Shown here: piece after piece, positions 27,547 through 41,325 of the stretch | Position numbering within the stretch: position 1 is the stretch's first letter | Layout of the letters: each line of letters begins with the position of its first letter | From: Octopus vulgaris | Taxonomy: Eukaryota | Length of the DNA: 64,000 nt | NCBI GenBank assembly: GCA_951406725.2 | Contig: OX597831.1 | Span: forward strand, 79,856,001 to 79,920,000 | Reading direction: 5' to 3' | Position numbers and translations under genes: made by a program | Notes under the pieces: generated by a model | The model's input: only the letters and a program-made list of their open reading frames with translations | Told to the model about the DNA's origin: nothing | The model's database searches: none

Positions 27547-30500
27547 CGATTCTGTGTGGTGAAAAGATTAGAAAACGGCAACATTCCCACAAAATGCCTT
27601 TTTGGCAAAAATGTATTCAACACCAAATTAAGCTACTTAGGTCTGACAAAGAATGTTTGAAGAACCTCAAGTTTGACAAACTTTTGATTTCCTGCCATTT
27701 TGGGGTTTCCTGGTATCTGAATTAGGTAGCAATCAACACCTTTTGCTATCATTCTCAGGGCACCTATGACAACAGGTATTGTTTTAGTCTTCAGGTTCCA
27801 TATTTTGCTGATTTCTATTTCAAGATTTTTATATTTGCTCAGTTTTTGGTAGGTATTGACAGATACGTTTATATTGATTGGAACAGTCATATCAATGAGG
27901 AGGCATGTTTTTTGTCTGAAGTCTTTCAATGTGATGTCTGTCAGTTTGAATGGTGAAGTTCCAGAGGAGTGAGATGTGTTCATTTTCAAGTACTGGAAGT
28001 GGTTTGTGCTCCCAACAGTTTAACTACGAAACCTACAAAAACCCGAAAATTAATGAAAAAATATAATATGAAAACCATACTTGACATTGAGGCCACCAAA
28101 AAAACCCATCAAGCAAAATGTATGTGCTAAAGCTGCCCGCATAGCGAGGTATGAAAAGCGCGTTAGATTCTTCAAGTACAATAACATGTCCAAAAATAAC
28201 CTCAAATAACCTCCTTTTACAGGAAGATAAGGAAAACACCAGTTACTGTAAAGTCTGTCCCATCAAAAGAAGTGCAGGGATTTTGGAATAAAATTTGGGC
28301 AGAAGAAAACACACACAATGAATAGGCCCCCTGGATTGATAGAATATCTACAGAACTGGACTCCTTGGAAGAGCAAAAGTGGGAGGGTGTCAAGGTAGAA
28401 GATGTAAGATCTGCTCTCAGGAGGTCAAGCAAATGGAAGTCTCCAGGAAAGGATAAAATTCCTAACTTCTGATTGAATGCCTTCCCAGAGAGCCATGAAC
28501 TGCTAACAGAACTTTACAATTATGTTTTGCAATATCCTAGTATGATGCCCTCTTGGCTAGTTAATGGTTTAACATTCCTGCTTCCAGAAAAATGAAGAAA
28601 CAAATTAACCAAAACTTATAGATTCATAACCTGCTTAACAAATATGTACAAAACACTAACATCTATCCTGACTGAATATACCTATAGTTTTTTAATATAA
28701 AGTAGTATATTCCCTAATGAGCAAAAAGGGTATAAACGTGGATCCTATGGTTGTAAAATCAGCTACTCATCAATAAGATGATCTTAGAAGATTGTCACAA
28801 ACGACACAAAAACTTATCAATAGCCTGGACAGACTATAAAAAGGATTTTGATAGCCTACCACGTAGCTGGATAAAGAAATGCCTGGAAATTTATAAAATA
28901 GTCTGTAAGTATGAGATCATGGAGAACCACACTAACTTTGAACAGTGACGATGAATCTCGTAATGCTGGAGATGTAAAAATTTCATGTGGCATTTTCCAG
29001 GGTGACTCACTATCACCACTCCTCTTTTGTTTAGCCTTAATACCTTTCTCAAAATTGCTCAACGATGCGCAGTACGGATATAAAATGTTTGAAAAAAATA
29101 TAAATCATCTCATTTACATGGATGATTTAAAGGTTTTGCAAAAAATTACCAACAACTCAAGGGCTTACTAGCGATTGTTAAACAATTCAGTGATGACATC
29201 AGAATGCAATTCGGCCTTGATAAATGTGCAAAATCTACCTTTATCAAAGGAAAAATGACAGAAACATCTAACGTTAACCTTGACCAGCAGCATGTCATAA
29301 AAGAGTTAGACCCAGCGGAGAGCTACAAATACCTAGGGGTACTTGAAGGGAACGGAATCAGGTATTCAGTGATGAGGGAAAGGATTAGGAGAGAATGTTA
29401 TCGCAGGGTGAGAGCAATACTTAATACAGAGATGAATGCAAGAAACAGGACCGAAGCGATCAATGATTTAGCCATACCAGTCGTGACTTACAGTTTCAAT
29501 ATCGTTAACTGGTCAATTACTGAAATATGTAATCTTGACAGAAAAATACGAAAACTGTTGACAATGCATAGAATGCACCACCCTAAGGCAGATACAGAAC
29601 GACTTTATCTACCAAGAAAAGAGGGAGGCCGTGGACTTTTACAACTGGCAATAACAATGAAGATTGCTACAATTGGCCTAGACACCTACGTGAAAAATTC
29701 TGAGGACTGGATGTTAAAACTTGTCTCAAAACATGAAAACAAGAAAGCATCATACTCAGTAACAAAACAGGCAAAGGAATATCTAAGTGAATTCCAAATA
29801 CAACAAATTCAGGAATTAGGCATACAAGAAACAAGCACAGAAAAAGCTAAGCGCATGAAAACCCGTGCTAAAGCTGCTGCCTTAGATATTCTGACTGATA
29901 AATGGCAAGAAAAACCTCTCAATGGGAAATACCCAAAGAGAGCGAATAATGCCGATGTTGACAAAACCCTGACCCATCAATAGCTAATAGCCTCTGGACT
30001 AAAATCTGAAACAGAAGGGTTTACCATAGCAACCCAAGATCAATTTCTACCTACAAGGAACTACCAGGCCAACATATTAAAGAACGGCAGTACATGTCGT
30101 GTATGTCAACAACAAAATGAAACCATTGATCATGTTGTCTCCAAGTGCAGTCTTCTTGCGCCTACAGAGTATCCCAACAGGCATGACAGAGCTGCACAAT
30201 ATATTCACTGGGTAATCTGCAAAAACCTGGATTTGCCCCATGAAAAAACTGGTGGGAACTCAAACCACCTCCAGTGCTTGAAAATGACCACATCTCACTC
30301 CTCTGGAACTTCACCATTCAAACTGACAGAAAGATAGTCGCGAATAGGCCAGACATCATAGTAAAAGACTTCAGACAAAAAACATGCCTCCTCATTGATA
30401 TGACTGTCCCAATCGATATAAACGTATCTGTCAATACCTACCAAAAACTGAGCAAATATAAAAATCTTGAAATAGAAATCAGCAAAATATGGAACCTGAA

Positions 30501-30850
30501 GACTAAAACAATACCTGTTGTCATAGGTGCCCTGAGAATGATAGCAAAAGGTGTTGATTGCTACCTAATTCAGATACCAGGAAACCCCAAAATTGCAGAA
30601 ATTCAAAATATAGTGCTCATGGGAACTGTTCATATCCTACGCAAAATACTTTCTATGTAATCTCAAGTTTTAAAACAAACAAAATTTTCATGTTTTTTTT
30701 AGACATTCACTAGTACAACAAAAAATACAGAACCAAATAAATGGCACCCTAGGCATAACACCAACACGAACTTCCAACTTGTTGTCGCTTGAGGTCTCTG
30801 GGTGAGACTTGAAGCCAACTTGTACAAATGTAAAGGAAAAGTCAAACATA
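27547..30850 (+). mobile_element. Decayed, 5'-truncated R4/Dong-clade non-LTR retrotransposon (RT plus restriction-like endonuclease)
   Basis: N-terminal PFWQK..Q..I.LLR.D and ARIARYEKR..F..NN, FWNKIW...HN..A.WI; RT motifs WKSPGKD, EQKG, GIFQGDSLSPLLF, YMDD, MQFGLDKC, YKYLG, RLYLPRKEGGRGL; CCHC knuckle CRVC...ETIDHVVSKC; RHD; RPDI...LLID...KLSKY endonuclease; multiple stops and frameshifts; ends in (TAA)n. Confidence 0.92.
27681..28021 (-). mobile_element. Inverted copy of the endonuclease region inserted in the element's N-terminal coding part
   Basis: Reverse complement of ~30246-30608; ORF track 27633-27989 gives KDFRQKTCLLIDMTVP...QIPGNPK. Confidence 0.92.
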
Positions 30851-30864
30851 AAATAATAATAATG

Positions 30865-30930
<66 letters not shown>

Positions 30931-30932
<2 letters not shown>

Positions 30933-31408
30933 TGTTTTGTCTAGGTATAAAAAGATGGGCTACAGCAAATATTCTGCTCAATACCACAGATTTGCTTGTC
31001 AATTGTTTGACCTTAACCAGTTGACCATGTCCCTTAGTGGCTGACGATAAGTACATCTCTGATCACGAGCAGAAGTATTCGGGGAGCATCATTGCCATGT
31101 GTTGAAAGGAACTTAGAGGTTTGGATAATTCACCTTTGGAAACATTGGTGGTTCGTTCAACATCTTTAAACAATCTTTATTCAGGGTCCTTCAGCAAAAC
31201 ACCTGACGTCTCTCCATTCTACTCAGCTGGCAAAAATGATTAGTATCTGTATTTCAAAGGGCCGGCCTTGTCACGTTCTAAGTCATGCTAAATATTCCTC
31301 AGAACTACGTTAACGGCATATGTGTTTGTGGAGTTAATTTCACGAGCAGGCTGTTCCGTTGATCGGATCAACTGGAACCCTCGTCTCCGAGTACTGACGG
31401 AGTGCCAG
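30931..31408 (+). mobile_element. Composite SINE-like repeat with RTE-type tail
   Basis: CTCCATTCTACTCAGCTGGC central block; tail GTTCCGTTGATCGGATCAACTGGAAC hairpin...GACGGAGTGCCA; left half unassigned. Confidence 0.45.
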
Positions 31409-31440
31409 GTGAGCGAAATTTATATATATATATATACACT

Positions 31441-31650
31441 TTTCTAATCTATACACAAGGCCCGAAATTTACGGGGAGTGGAGGGCCGTCGATTAGATCG
31501 ATCCCAGTGCGCAACTGGTACTTAATTTGTTGACCCGAAGAGGATGAAATGCAAAGCCGACCTCGGCGGAATTTGAACTCAGAACGTAAAGACAGACGAA
31601 ATACCGCTAAGCATTTCGCCCGGCGTGCTAACGTTTCTGCCATCTTGCCG
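31441..31650 (-). mobile_element. SINE family A, full length
   Basis: ACAAGGCCCGAAATTT...GACCTCGGCGGAATTTGAACTCAGAACG...AACGTTTCTGCCA on + strand. Confidence 0.88.
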
Positions 31651-31984
31651 TCTTTATTATCTGTTTAGATATATATAAATATGTGTGTGTGTGTGTGTGT
31701 GTGCATGCATGTATGTATATGCACATATTAGTAGTTATAGAGGATTTTTTCCCTTAATGTATGTTTACATATGTGCAAATAAATATATCTACAGCTATTC
31801 AAATACGAACACACATACAAACACACACACGTTCATACGCATATACATATATACATGATTATATATGTGGATATATATATATATATAACTGTATATATTT
31901 ATATATATGTATATGAACATATATGTATATATCTATATCTATACAGATATATATCTATACACACATATATATATATACATACAT

Positions 31985-32049
<65 letters not shown>

Positions 32050-32827
32050 GCATGCATGTATGTATGTAAATGCGCAGAGACACATTTCTTTTGTGCATTA
32101 AAAACGGAATAAATAGACATGAAAAGGAGTCAACGAATTCTTGTACAGAAATAAGACTGAAGTTCCCGATGCTGGTCTTTGAAAATGGTTTCTTTCCAGT
32201 TCTACGACAGGTACACCAAAATAAGACTTGCACATTTCGGGTTTCTGTTGGGTTGAGGGACATTCACGGTACCTTTTTACTTATCTGTGTATACATACAT
32301 ACGCGAACACACGTACATACACAGATGCAGTCATAAATACACGCATACATGCATTCATACATACATACATACATACATACATACATACATACATACATAC
32401 ATACATGTGTGTGCCTATATATGTATATGTACGTGTACATATATATATATATGTGTGTGTGTGCGTCTGTATGCGTACATGCATACGTATTTATATTATA
32501 TATACATATATATATACATACAAATATATATATGTATATATATATGTATTCATATATATATATATATATATATCTGCATGTGTGTGTATATATATATATA
32601 TGGATAGATAGATGCATACAAATGTGTGTTTCTAAATGTAAACTTAAATGGATAGACACAAACATATGTATACCTAGGTATAAGTTATATATGCACGTAT
32701 GTGTCGATGGATGGATGGATGGGTGGATGGATGGATCTTTATGGACATACACATGTAAATATGCATATGTGCGTCTGAGTATGTTTGTATGTGTATATCT
32801 CTGTACGTGAGAGTGTGTATGTAAGTA

Positions 32828-32875
<48 letters not shown>

Positions 32876-33016
32876 CTGGAAAGTGCATGTTTATTTGCAA
32901 AACCATACATTTTTTCAGTTTTTATAACATTTTTGGAATGGTCTTTTGAACTTTTAATAAAAGAATCACTACCGATGCCAACCAGTTTCATGTTTCCTCT
33001 TTCTCTCTCACTCTCC

Positions 33017-33056
<40 letters not shown>

Positions 33057-33473
33057 TCCTCTGTATGTCTGCCCGTCATTCCCTCACGCTTTTCTGTCTT
33101 TCTCCTAAGTCACTGTCCCCACCCACACGTAGACAAACGCACATTAGTACGCAACACACACACATACATACATACATACATATACGTATTATGTACGTAC
33201 ATAAATATTATGACGTTAACAATATGTATGTATGAAGGTGTGTATATACATATATATATATATATATGTATATACACACATACACAGGGCGGAGAATAGT
33301 TGATGTCATAATAATTCAATGAGCAATCGTGAAAAAGTGAAATTCTTCTTTTTATTCAATCTGCTGGATTTCGAAGCAAATATGAAGCTATAAAATGAAG
33401 CGAGGAAATATTGCTTCGAATTATCTACTTTGAAGAGAAAATAGTCGAAGACTGCTCTCGATCTATATATCTA

Positions 33474-33514
<41 letters not shown>

Positions 33515-33551
33515 GTATGTATGTATGTATGTATGTATGTATGTATGTATG

Positions 33552-33615
<64 letters not shown>

Positions 33616-34301
33616 TATAATTAATGGTATCTAAAAGACACCACCATGCTAGATATAGCAGCCAAAACTTGACTCTAAAACCACACACAAACACACATAT
33701 ATATATTTATGTGTGTGTACATATATACATATGAATGAACGTACATGCTTTCATACATACATATGTACATACGTACACCACGCTTTTTGTATTTCCTTCA
33801 AAATCAAGTTCCGTCATATGAATCCTCGTATGTTCCCGTTAAAAATGGAAACGAGTATCAAGACTTCCATGTGACTCGCTTAAACAATTCTGAAGACCAC
33901 ATCGCATGAAACCATTGGTAACCTAGATAACCCAAAAATAAAGGATTGCTATCCACTAACGCTGCGATGTGCATGCGTTTTCACTGTAGACATATAGATC
34001 GATCAATCAATCAATCGGTAAATAGTTAGATAGATAGATACATACATAGTTAGATAGATGGATAAATAGATACATACATACATACATACATACTTACATA
34101 ACAAAAAGGACAGACAGACAGATTGATTGATAGATAGATAGATATGAATAGATTCACACGTTTGCCGGTGGTGTGAGTGTTTTATGTGAGTAGATTTCAT
34201 CTTATCGTAAAGTTTATGTCTGGCACATACAATACACACATACATAAAAACTCGTGTATACATATATGGATATATACATATATGTGTGTGTATTTATCTG
34301 T

Positions 34302-34388
<87 letters not shown>

Positions 34389-34596
34389 AATTGAGATAGG
34401 GGTTGTAAATGCAACCCTCCATGGGATAACATATATCCAATACACTGCTAGTGAAGTACCCAACAAAGTTAATACATAAATGTTAATAATTGCGATGCAA
34501 TTAATTCATTTACTGTATTATATGGGCAAAGGTAAAATGTTTTACCACAAATTCATAATACAAAATAAGAAAATGTATTTCTCCATTTTCTTATTT

Positions 34597-34669
<73 letters not shown>

Positions 34670-34702
34670 GTATGTAAGCATATATATATATCCTCTGTCA
34701 GC

Positions 34703-34739
34703 TGTTTCTGAAGAAGAGCTTTGCTCGAAACGTAAAACA
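34703..34739 (+). ncRNA. Minimal type I hammerhead ribozyme motif (helix III possible only as a dimer)
   Basis: Stem I TGTTT/AAACA; core CTGAAGA plus extra A; stem II GAGC-TTT-GCTC; GAAA-CG-TA with palindromic ACGT; predicted cut after 34734. Confidence 0.65.
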
Positions 34740-34823
34740 CCCTGTTTTTCCTTTCCTCAGCGTCTTATTAATACTTTGCATTACCACGACTTCGTGTTGC
34801 TGCCTTTTCTTGTCTTTTTTCTC

Positions 34824-34908
<85 letters not shown>

Positions 34909-34974
34909 AGAATTTTTTGCGTAATGGGACAAAAACCAAGGCTGAGTAAGATATTAGAACATTTATTGATAGAA

Positions 34975-35026
34975 GGTTTACAGCTGTTTCCAAGATATTT
35001 ATTAATTATATCCCTTCATCGGAGAC
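34975..35026 (-). ncRNA. Variant/degenerate hammerhead motif
   Basis: Minus strand GTCT-CCGATGA-A-GGGATAT...ATATCTT-G-GAAAC-AGCT-GTA-AACC; U4C core change; palindromic ACAGCTGT. Confidence 0.5.
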
Positions 35027-35278
35027 GGTGTGAGAGGACGTTTAAATCATACTTGGTTTAGATGTCATACAAAATAGAGTGTCAAGTGGAGGAAAGAAAA
35101 CAGATGCAAGATATGTAGGGATATTGAAGTTGTAGATCCATTTTTTAGGCAGAATGGTATATATGTAGGATTCCAATACCTTATGAGTAAAGTCCAACAG
35201 AGTTTAAAATGGGTTCTTCCAAATATAGCGTTTATACACAATGTAAGTCTCCAATAGCTTATGAGTGAGATCCACCGT

Positions 35279-35311
<33 letters not shown>

Positions 35312-35678
35312 ATAAACACGTGTATTTACTTTCATATGCACCTGTATATTTTTGTGTGCAAATATGTTTCCTTCATCGAGTGTATATGTGTGTGTGTGTG
35401 AGAGAGAGAGAGAAAGAGATAAAGCTGGTGAGAGAAAGAGACAGATAGACTGAGAGGAAGGGAGTATATATTTGTGTGAATGAATATATGTTCGATTTCA
35501 CTGTCATCTATATATACAAATAATCGTTTGTATACACCCCCCACCCCCACACATATATATATATATACACCTATATTTATATAAGTATATACACAGTCAT
35601 ACATATGTATATATATAGATGTATATTTGTGTTCAGCCCTGTGTGGCCAATAAAGAAACATATATGTATGTATATATA

Positions 35679-35783
<105 letters not shown>

Positions 35784-35976
35784 ATATATATGTGTGTGTG
35801 TGTATATATATGTTTGTTTGTATGTGTGTATATATATATATATACATACATATAGATATATATATACACACACACACACATACAAACACGAATAACACAT
35901 ACATATGCTTATGTATGTACATGTGTGCATACGCACCACCGCTCTCTATTCCTGTGTACGCATGCGCGACACATGT

Positions 35977-36042
<66 letters not shown>

Positions 36043-36692
36043 GCGTGAATTAAACATGTTGAAAAGCTGTATTGACATACCAAAATGTCTTTTTTGCTTT
36101 TGTTTTTTTGAGCTGCTTTAAAGACTCCATTGTTACTTTGTTCGGTTGAAGTTTGTCAGAGGTAAAAATACGTACAAATATGTCGGTGTGTGTATATGCA
36201 AGTGTGTCCGCATCGGTGCGCTTCGTTGAGCATATACGCATCGATATATGTGGATTTACTGGTGTGGCCTGCTTCTCACTTTGTGTGTAAGATGGCGTGC
36301 GTGTGTATGTGCTGATGTGTTTTGGTGTGAATACGGGCGTGCAGATGTGTGTGTGTGTGTGCGTGTGTGTGTGTGTGTATTAGAATTTATAAGAACTAAA
36401 TATACGTCCAAGTGTGTATGTGTATGTAAGCAAAAGTGTGTGCATGAGCGTTTTTCTGTTAAGTTTATGTGGCTGAGAGAGAGAGGGGGAGAGAGAGGGA
36501 GAGAGAGTGAGCGAGAGAGAGAGAGAGAGGGAGAGAGAGGAAGAGAGAGGGAGAGAGAGGGAGAGAGAGTGAGCGAGAGAGAGAGAGGGGGAGTGTGTGT
36601 GTGTTTGTGTTTGTATGCGTGTCTCTATGTCTCTGTGTGTTTCTGTGTGTGTGTCCTTGTGTCTGTTTATATGTGTCTGTGTATCCGTGTGT

Positions 36693-36735
<43 letters not shown>

Positions 36736-37175
36736 GTGTGTATGTGTGTGTGTTTTCTGGGTTTTTCTAATAGTAAAAATACGTGCAAATATATATGTGT
36801 ATCTATGTGTGGATGTGTGTTTGCAGGAATAGGTTCGCCTGTCTGTATATGTTTTGTGACGTCCGTTTCTTAGTTTGTATGTGTGTGTGTGTTGGTCGGC
36901 GGAGGGGGAGACGCAAATACAGAGAAAGAAACAGGCTGTGTACACGTAAGTGTGAGTGTGAGAACGTGTAAGTGTGTGTGTAGTGTGTAGTGCGAGTGGT
37001 GCAATAGGAGTGAGCACATGTGTAGATGTGAGAATATGTATCAAAGGATGTGTGTGCGTCTACGTGTGTGTGTATATGTGTGTGTGTGTACGACTGTTTG
37101 TTTTTATTTTTAGTCATAGAGGTGAAGGTATTGGTGAACGTAAATGATTATAAATAGCAGATTGATATGGGCGGG

Positions 37176-37215
<40 letters not shown>

Positions 37216-37365
37216 AATACAGCAGATGCATACATGCAGGTACATGGGAGTGCGTATTTATGTATACATACACATACTACATATGCATATATATGCATGC
37301 ATATTCATATATTTATTTATATGTGCATATCTATATATATATATATATATGTGTGTATGTATGTA

Positions 37366-37409
<44 letters not shown>

Positions 37410-37538
37410 TATATATATATATATATATACATATATATTATATATTATATATATAAACAGATAGATATACAGAAAGAGAGAGAGAGACGGAGAGATAGAA
37501 ACAGACAGACTGCAAAGCAGACGGACAAATAGATGGAC

Positions 37539-37607
<69 letters not shown>

Positions 37608-37673
37608 TAGATATAAATGATAAGTATATTTATGATACGTATATAAGCTTGTGTACACACATATACGCATGGA

Positions 37674-37728
<55 letters not shown>

Positions 37729-37760
37729 AATGAAATAAAAAACTGAACACAAAGGATGTC

Positions 37761-37848
37761 GCGGTACACATGTTTCGAGCTTTATAAAACAACATATTCT
37801 TATATCAATGTATAATCGACATAACAGATAGTTTAAAGCCCTCTTCAG

Positions 37849-37852
<4 letters not shown>
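37761..37852 (-). ncRNA. Type I hammerhead ribozyme motif with extended stem II
   Basis: Minus strand GCGG-CTGAAGA-GGGCTTTA...TAAAGCTC-GAAAC-ATGT-GTA-CCGC; all core nucleotides canonical; stem I 4 bp, basal stem II 8 bp plus distal TTATGTCGAT/ATTGATATAA helix. Confidence 0.8.
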
Positions 37853-37915
<63 letters not shown>

Positions 37916-39164
37916 AAGTAGTAGTAGATAAGATATAAATATGAGCGTGTATGTATGTGTGCTTGTGTGTTAGAATCTATACGAAGAAAAATTATGTCCA
38001 AGTGTGTATGTGTATGTAAGCAGAAGTGTGTGCATGAGTGTTCCTCTGTTCAGTGTGTGTGGCTGAGAGAAAGAAAGAGAGAGAGGGAGGGAGTGTGTGT
38101 GTGTTTTGGCGTTTTCAAATTGTTTGTGTGTGGATGTAACTATGAGTTTGCAGGAATCTGTTCACCTGACTGTATATGCTTTGTGACATATACATCTACA
38201 CACATATATGTACATGGAGAGAGAGAGAGAGAGAGAGAGTGATACATGCACAAACACAACGCCTTACAAGTCATAGGTACAAAACTCATATCTGCACACA
38301 CATTTATATACACACACATACCGACATATTTACAAACAAAAATATACATACTCCCTTGCAAAGCTGTATATATATTGTTTATTTGTGTTTGTGCCCGGGT
38401 GGCGAGTATCTGTATTTACACACTCAAACACACACACACACACACACATACTTATATACACTTGGATATACGCACATATTTTTCATTTAAAAAACGGAGA
38501 GGGAGAGAATCAAGCGTTGCCAAAATGAACGTTTTAAGTGTGAATCGATCTTTTTTTGTTGTTTTGTAAAATTTGTTTTCTTTGTATTTTGCTGTTGTTT
38601 TTTCTTTTCTTTTCTTTTCTTTTCTTTTTTTGTTTTCTAAAAGATGGCATTCCTCAATCAATTATTTGGTTGAAAAGAAAATAGAATAAAAAAAAAAACT
38701 TCCATTGTAACAAATTTGTTTGGACCGCAAATCATTTATTCACATTCGTTTCTACACCTCCACCAACACCTATTTACCTGCATAGGGTGCTATACATATA
38801 TATATATATATTATATATAATATATATATATATATTATTTAATATATATATACATATTATATATCATATATACATATATACATATAAATATAGATATAGA
38901 TGAATAAATACACTTTTATATTTGTGCATATGTATATGTGCGTGTGCCTGGGTATATATATATATATATATATACACTGACATACGTACGTATGTATGTA
39001 TATATGTATGTTAGAGATAAGTAGATAGATATAGCTGCATACATGTACGCCAATTTACATACCATCTCTTTTCATTCTTAACTTCAAGAACATGGTCTCG
39101 AAGAACGTATGCACATATATATATATAGACACACACATCTGCAAACCCATGTATATGTGTATAA

Positions 39165-39205
<41 letters not shown>

Positions 39206-39316
39206 TATATATATAAATGTCTATATATATATGTATATATGTATATATATGATAAATGTGAATTCATAAAATTTATCAGTAAATATATAGACATACAGTT
39301 ATGCATACATGTATAT

Positions 39317-39351
<35 letters not shown>

Positions 39352-39894
39352 CCTTTTTGAGACATGCATAGATGTGATATAAATAATTATAAGGCCATGA
39401 GAAAAGAAAATTTGAAACAATGCGTGGAAAGAAATGAATTAAATGAGAGACACGAGAGAAAGAATAAAAATGAAAGGAAGAGGAGGGGGCAGGAGGGGGA
39501 GAGAAGGTGGAAGGAGGAAGAGGAGGAGGAGACGGTGGAAGCGTAGAAGTAGGAGCTGGGCGATGACTGGAGAAGTGGAGGGGGTTTGACGAAAGGAAAG
39601 GGGGTGGTGACGTAGTAGGAGGCGGAGAAACCCAAGATCATGACGATGATGATGATGATAAGGAGGAGGAGGAGGAGGAGGAGCAAAAGGAGGAGGTGAG
39701 TGAGTGAAGAAGAGGTGGGGAAGGAGAAAGGAAGGAGAGTGAGATGGAGGAAGAATAGTGAAGAACATGAAAACATACGTTCAATAAGTCAATGAACGAC
39801 CATCGCCACCATCACCATAAATAACCAATGTCATCCATCGCCACCACCCACACAACCGCCGCTACCACCACCACTACCATCACCACCAAACCAA

Positions 39895-40238
39895 CCGAAC
39901 GAGCAAATCCGACCCCAGGACTTATTCTTTGTAAGTCTACTACTTATACTATCGGTCTGTTTTGCCGGACTGCTATGTTACGGGGACGTAAACACACCAG
40001 CATCGGTTGTCAAGCGACGTTGGGGCGACAAACACAGACACACAAACATATACATTCACATACATATATATACGTATATACGACGGGTTTCTTTCAATTC
40101 CCGTCCACCAAATCCACTCACTAGGCTTTGGTCGGGCCGAGGCTATAGTAGAAGACACTTGCCCAAGGTGTCACGCAGTGGGACTGAACACGGAACCATG
40201 TGGTTGGTAAGCAAGCTACTTACCACACAACCACTCCA
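39895..40238 (-). mobile_element. SINE family B
   Basis: GACCCCAGGACTTATTCTTTGTAAG...CTACTTACCACACAACCACTCC on + strand. Confidence 0.88.
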
Positions 40239-40329
40239 TATATATACACGAGTGGACAAACGAAAAAGCACATTTACTGAGAGTTACATAAAACGGTTTT
40301 GATCCATAGTTTTGTGTGCGTATACATTC

Positions 40330-40364
<35 letters not shown>

Positions 40365-40404
40365 CGTGTGTGTATATTTACACACACACACACACAGAGA
40401 GATA

Positions 40405-40680
40405 CATATGTATAACTCAAATCGAAATACAGGAAAGAAAACAACAGTCCAAAGGGCGTACGAATTGAATGTATTAGATTGTCGCTCTGAGCAAGTTTAG
40501 GATGAGAAAAAAAGAGAGCGTGCGACGTTTCGAGCCAGGCATTTCGTCAGAAAGAGGAAAGAAGGAAAAATCTTGTGAGAAAGAAAAGAATCGTTCAAGA
40601 AAATCACGTGAGCCGTTACATCTGTTTGTTTTGTACACCACCTGTCTTCGTCTTTTGTTTTTTTTCGTAAACTCTCCGTG
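40405..40680 (-). mobile_element. Hammerhead-bearing short element (motif 40525-40550, -) joined to an oppositely oriented tail fragment (40617-40680, +)
   Basis: Minus strand CTGACGAAATGCCTGGCTCGAAACGTC; + strand TACATCTGTTTG...ACACCACCTGTCTTCG matches 59227-59260. Confidence 0.55.
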
Positions 40681-40697
40681 TGTATGTATATATATAC

Positions 40698-40737
<40 letters not shown>

Positions 40738-40785
40738 ATACATATACATATATATATATATATATACATATATACATATACATAT

Positions 40786-40855
<70 letters not shown>

Positions 40856-40929
40856 ATAATTAGGGAATAAATCCAAACTTACAGGGAAAAATTAGATTTA
40901 GGATTAAATCCAATTTTATAGTATAAATA

Positions 40930-40980
<51 letters not shown>

Positions 40981-41025
40981 TACATATATATATATACATA
41001 TATATATATATGTGTGTGTATGTGT

Positions 41026-41325
41026 GGAGGCGCAATCGCCCAGTGGTTAGGGCAGATGACTCGCGGTTGTAGGGTCGCGGTTTCGATTCCCAGGCCGGGC
41101 GTTGTGAGTGTTTATTGAACGAAAACACCTAAAGCTCCACGAGTCTCCGGCAGTGGGTGGTGACACACCCTGCTGTAATCTTTCGCCACAACTTTCTCTC
41201 ACTCTTTCTTCTGTTGGCCTGTTCGCTTAGCGGTGGCGTTATTTGAAGGCTAAAACAATGCGAAGCGCATTGTTACCAGCAATGTGTAGCAACATCTGAT
41301 AGCCTGATCGGTCACGTGATCACGT

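Noticed and set aside
33890-33924. CTGAAGA...GAAACCATTGGTA hammerhead-like string
   Set aside because: Stems I and II do not pair; it cannot be distinguished from chance without homologues.
41026-41100. tRNA gene candidates (also 56850-56920, 50424-50485, 12800-12830)
   Set aside because: They have A/B boxes but no complete acceptor stem, and they continue into SINE bodies or lack the rest of a cloverleaf.
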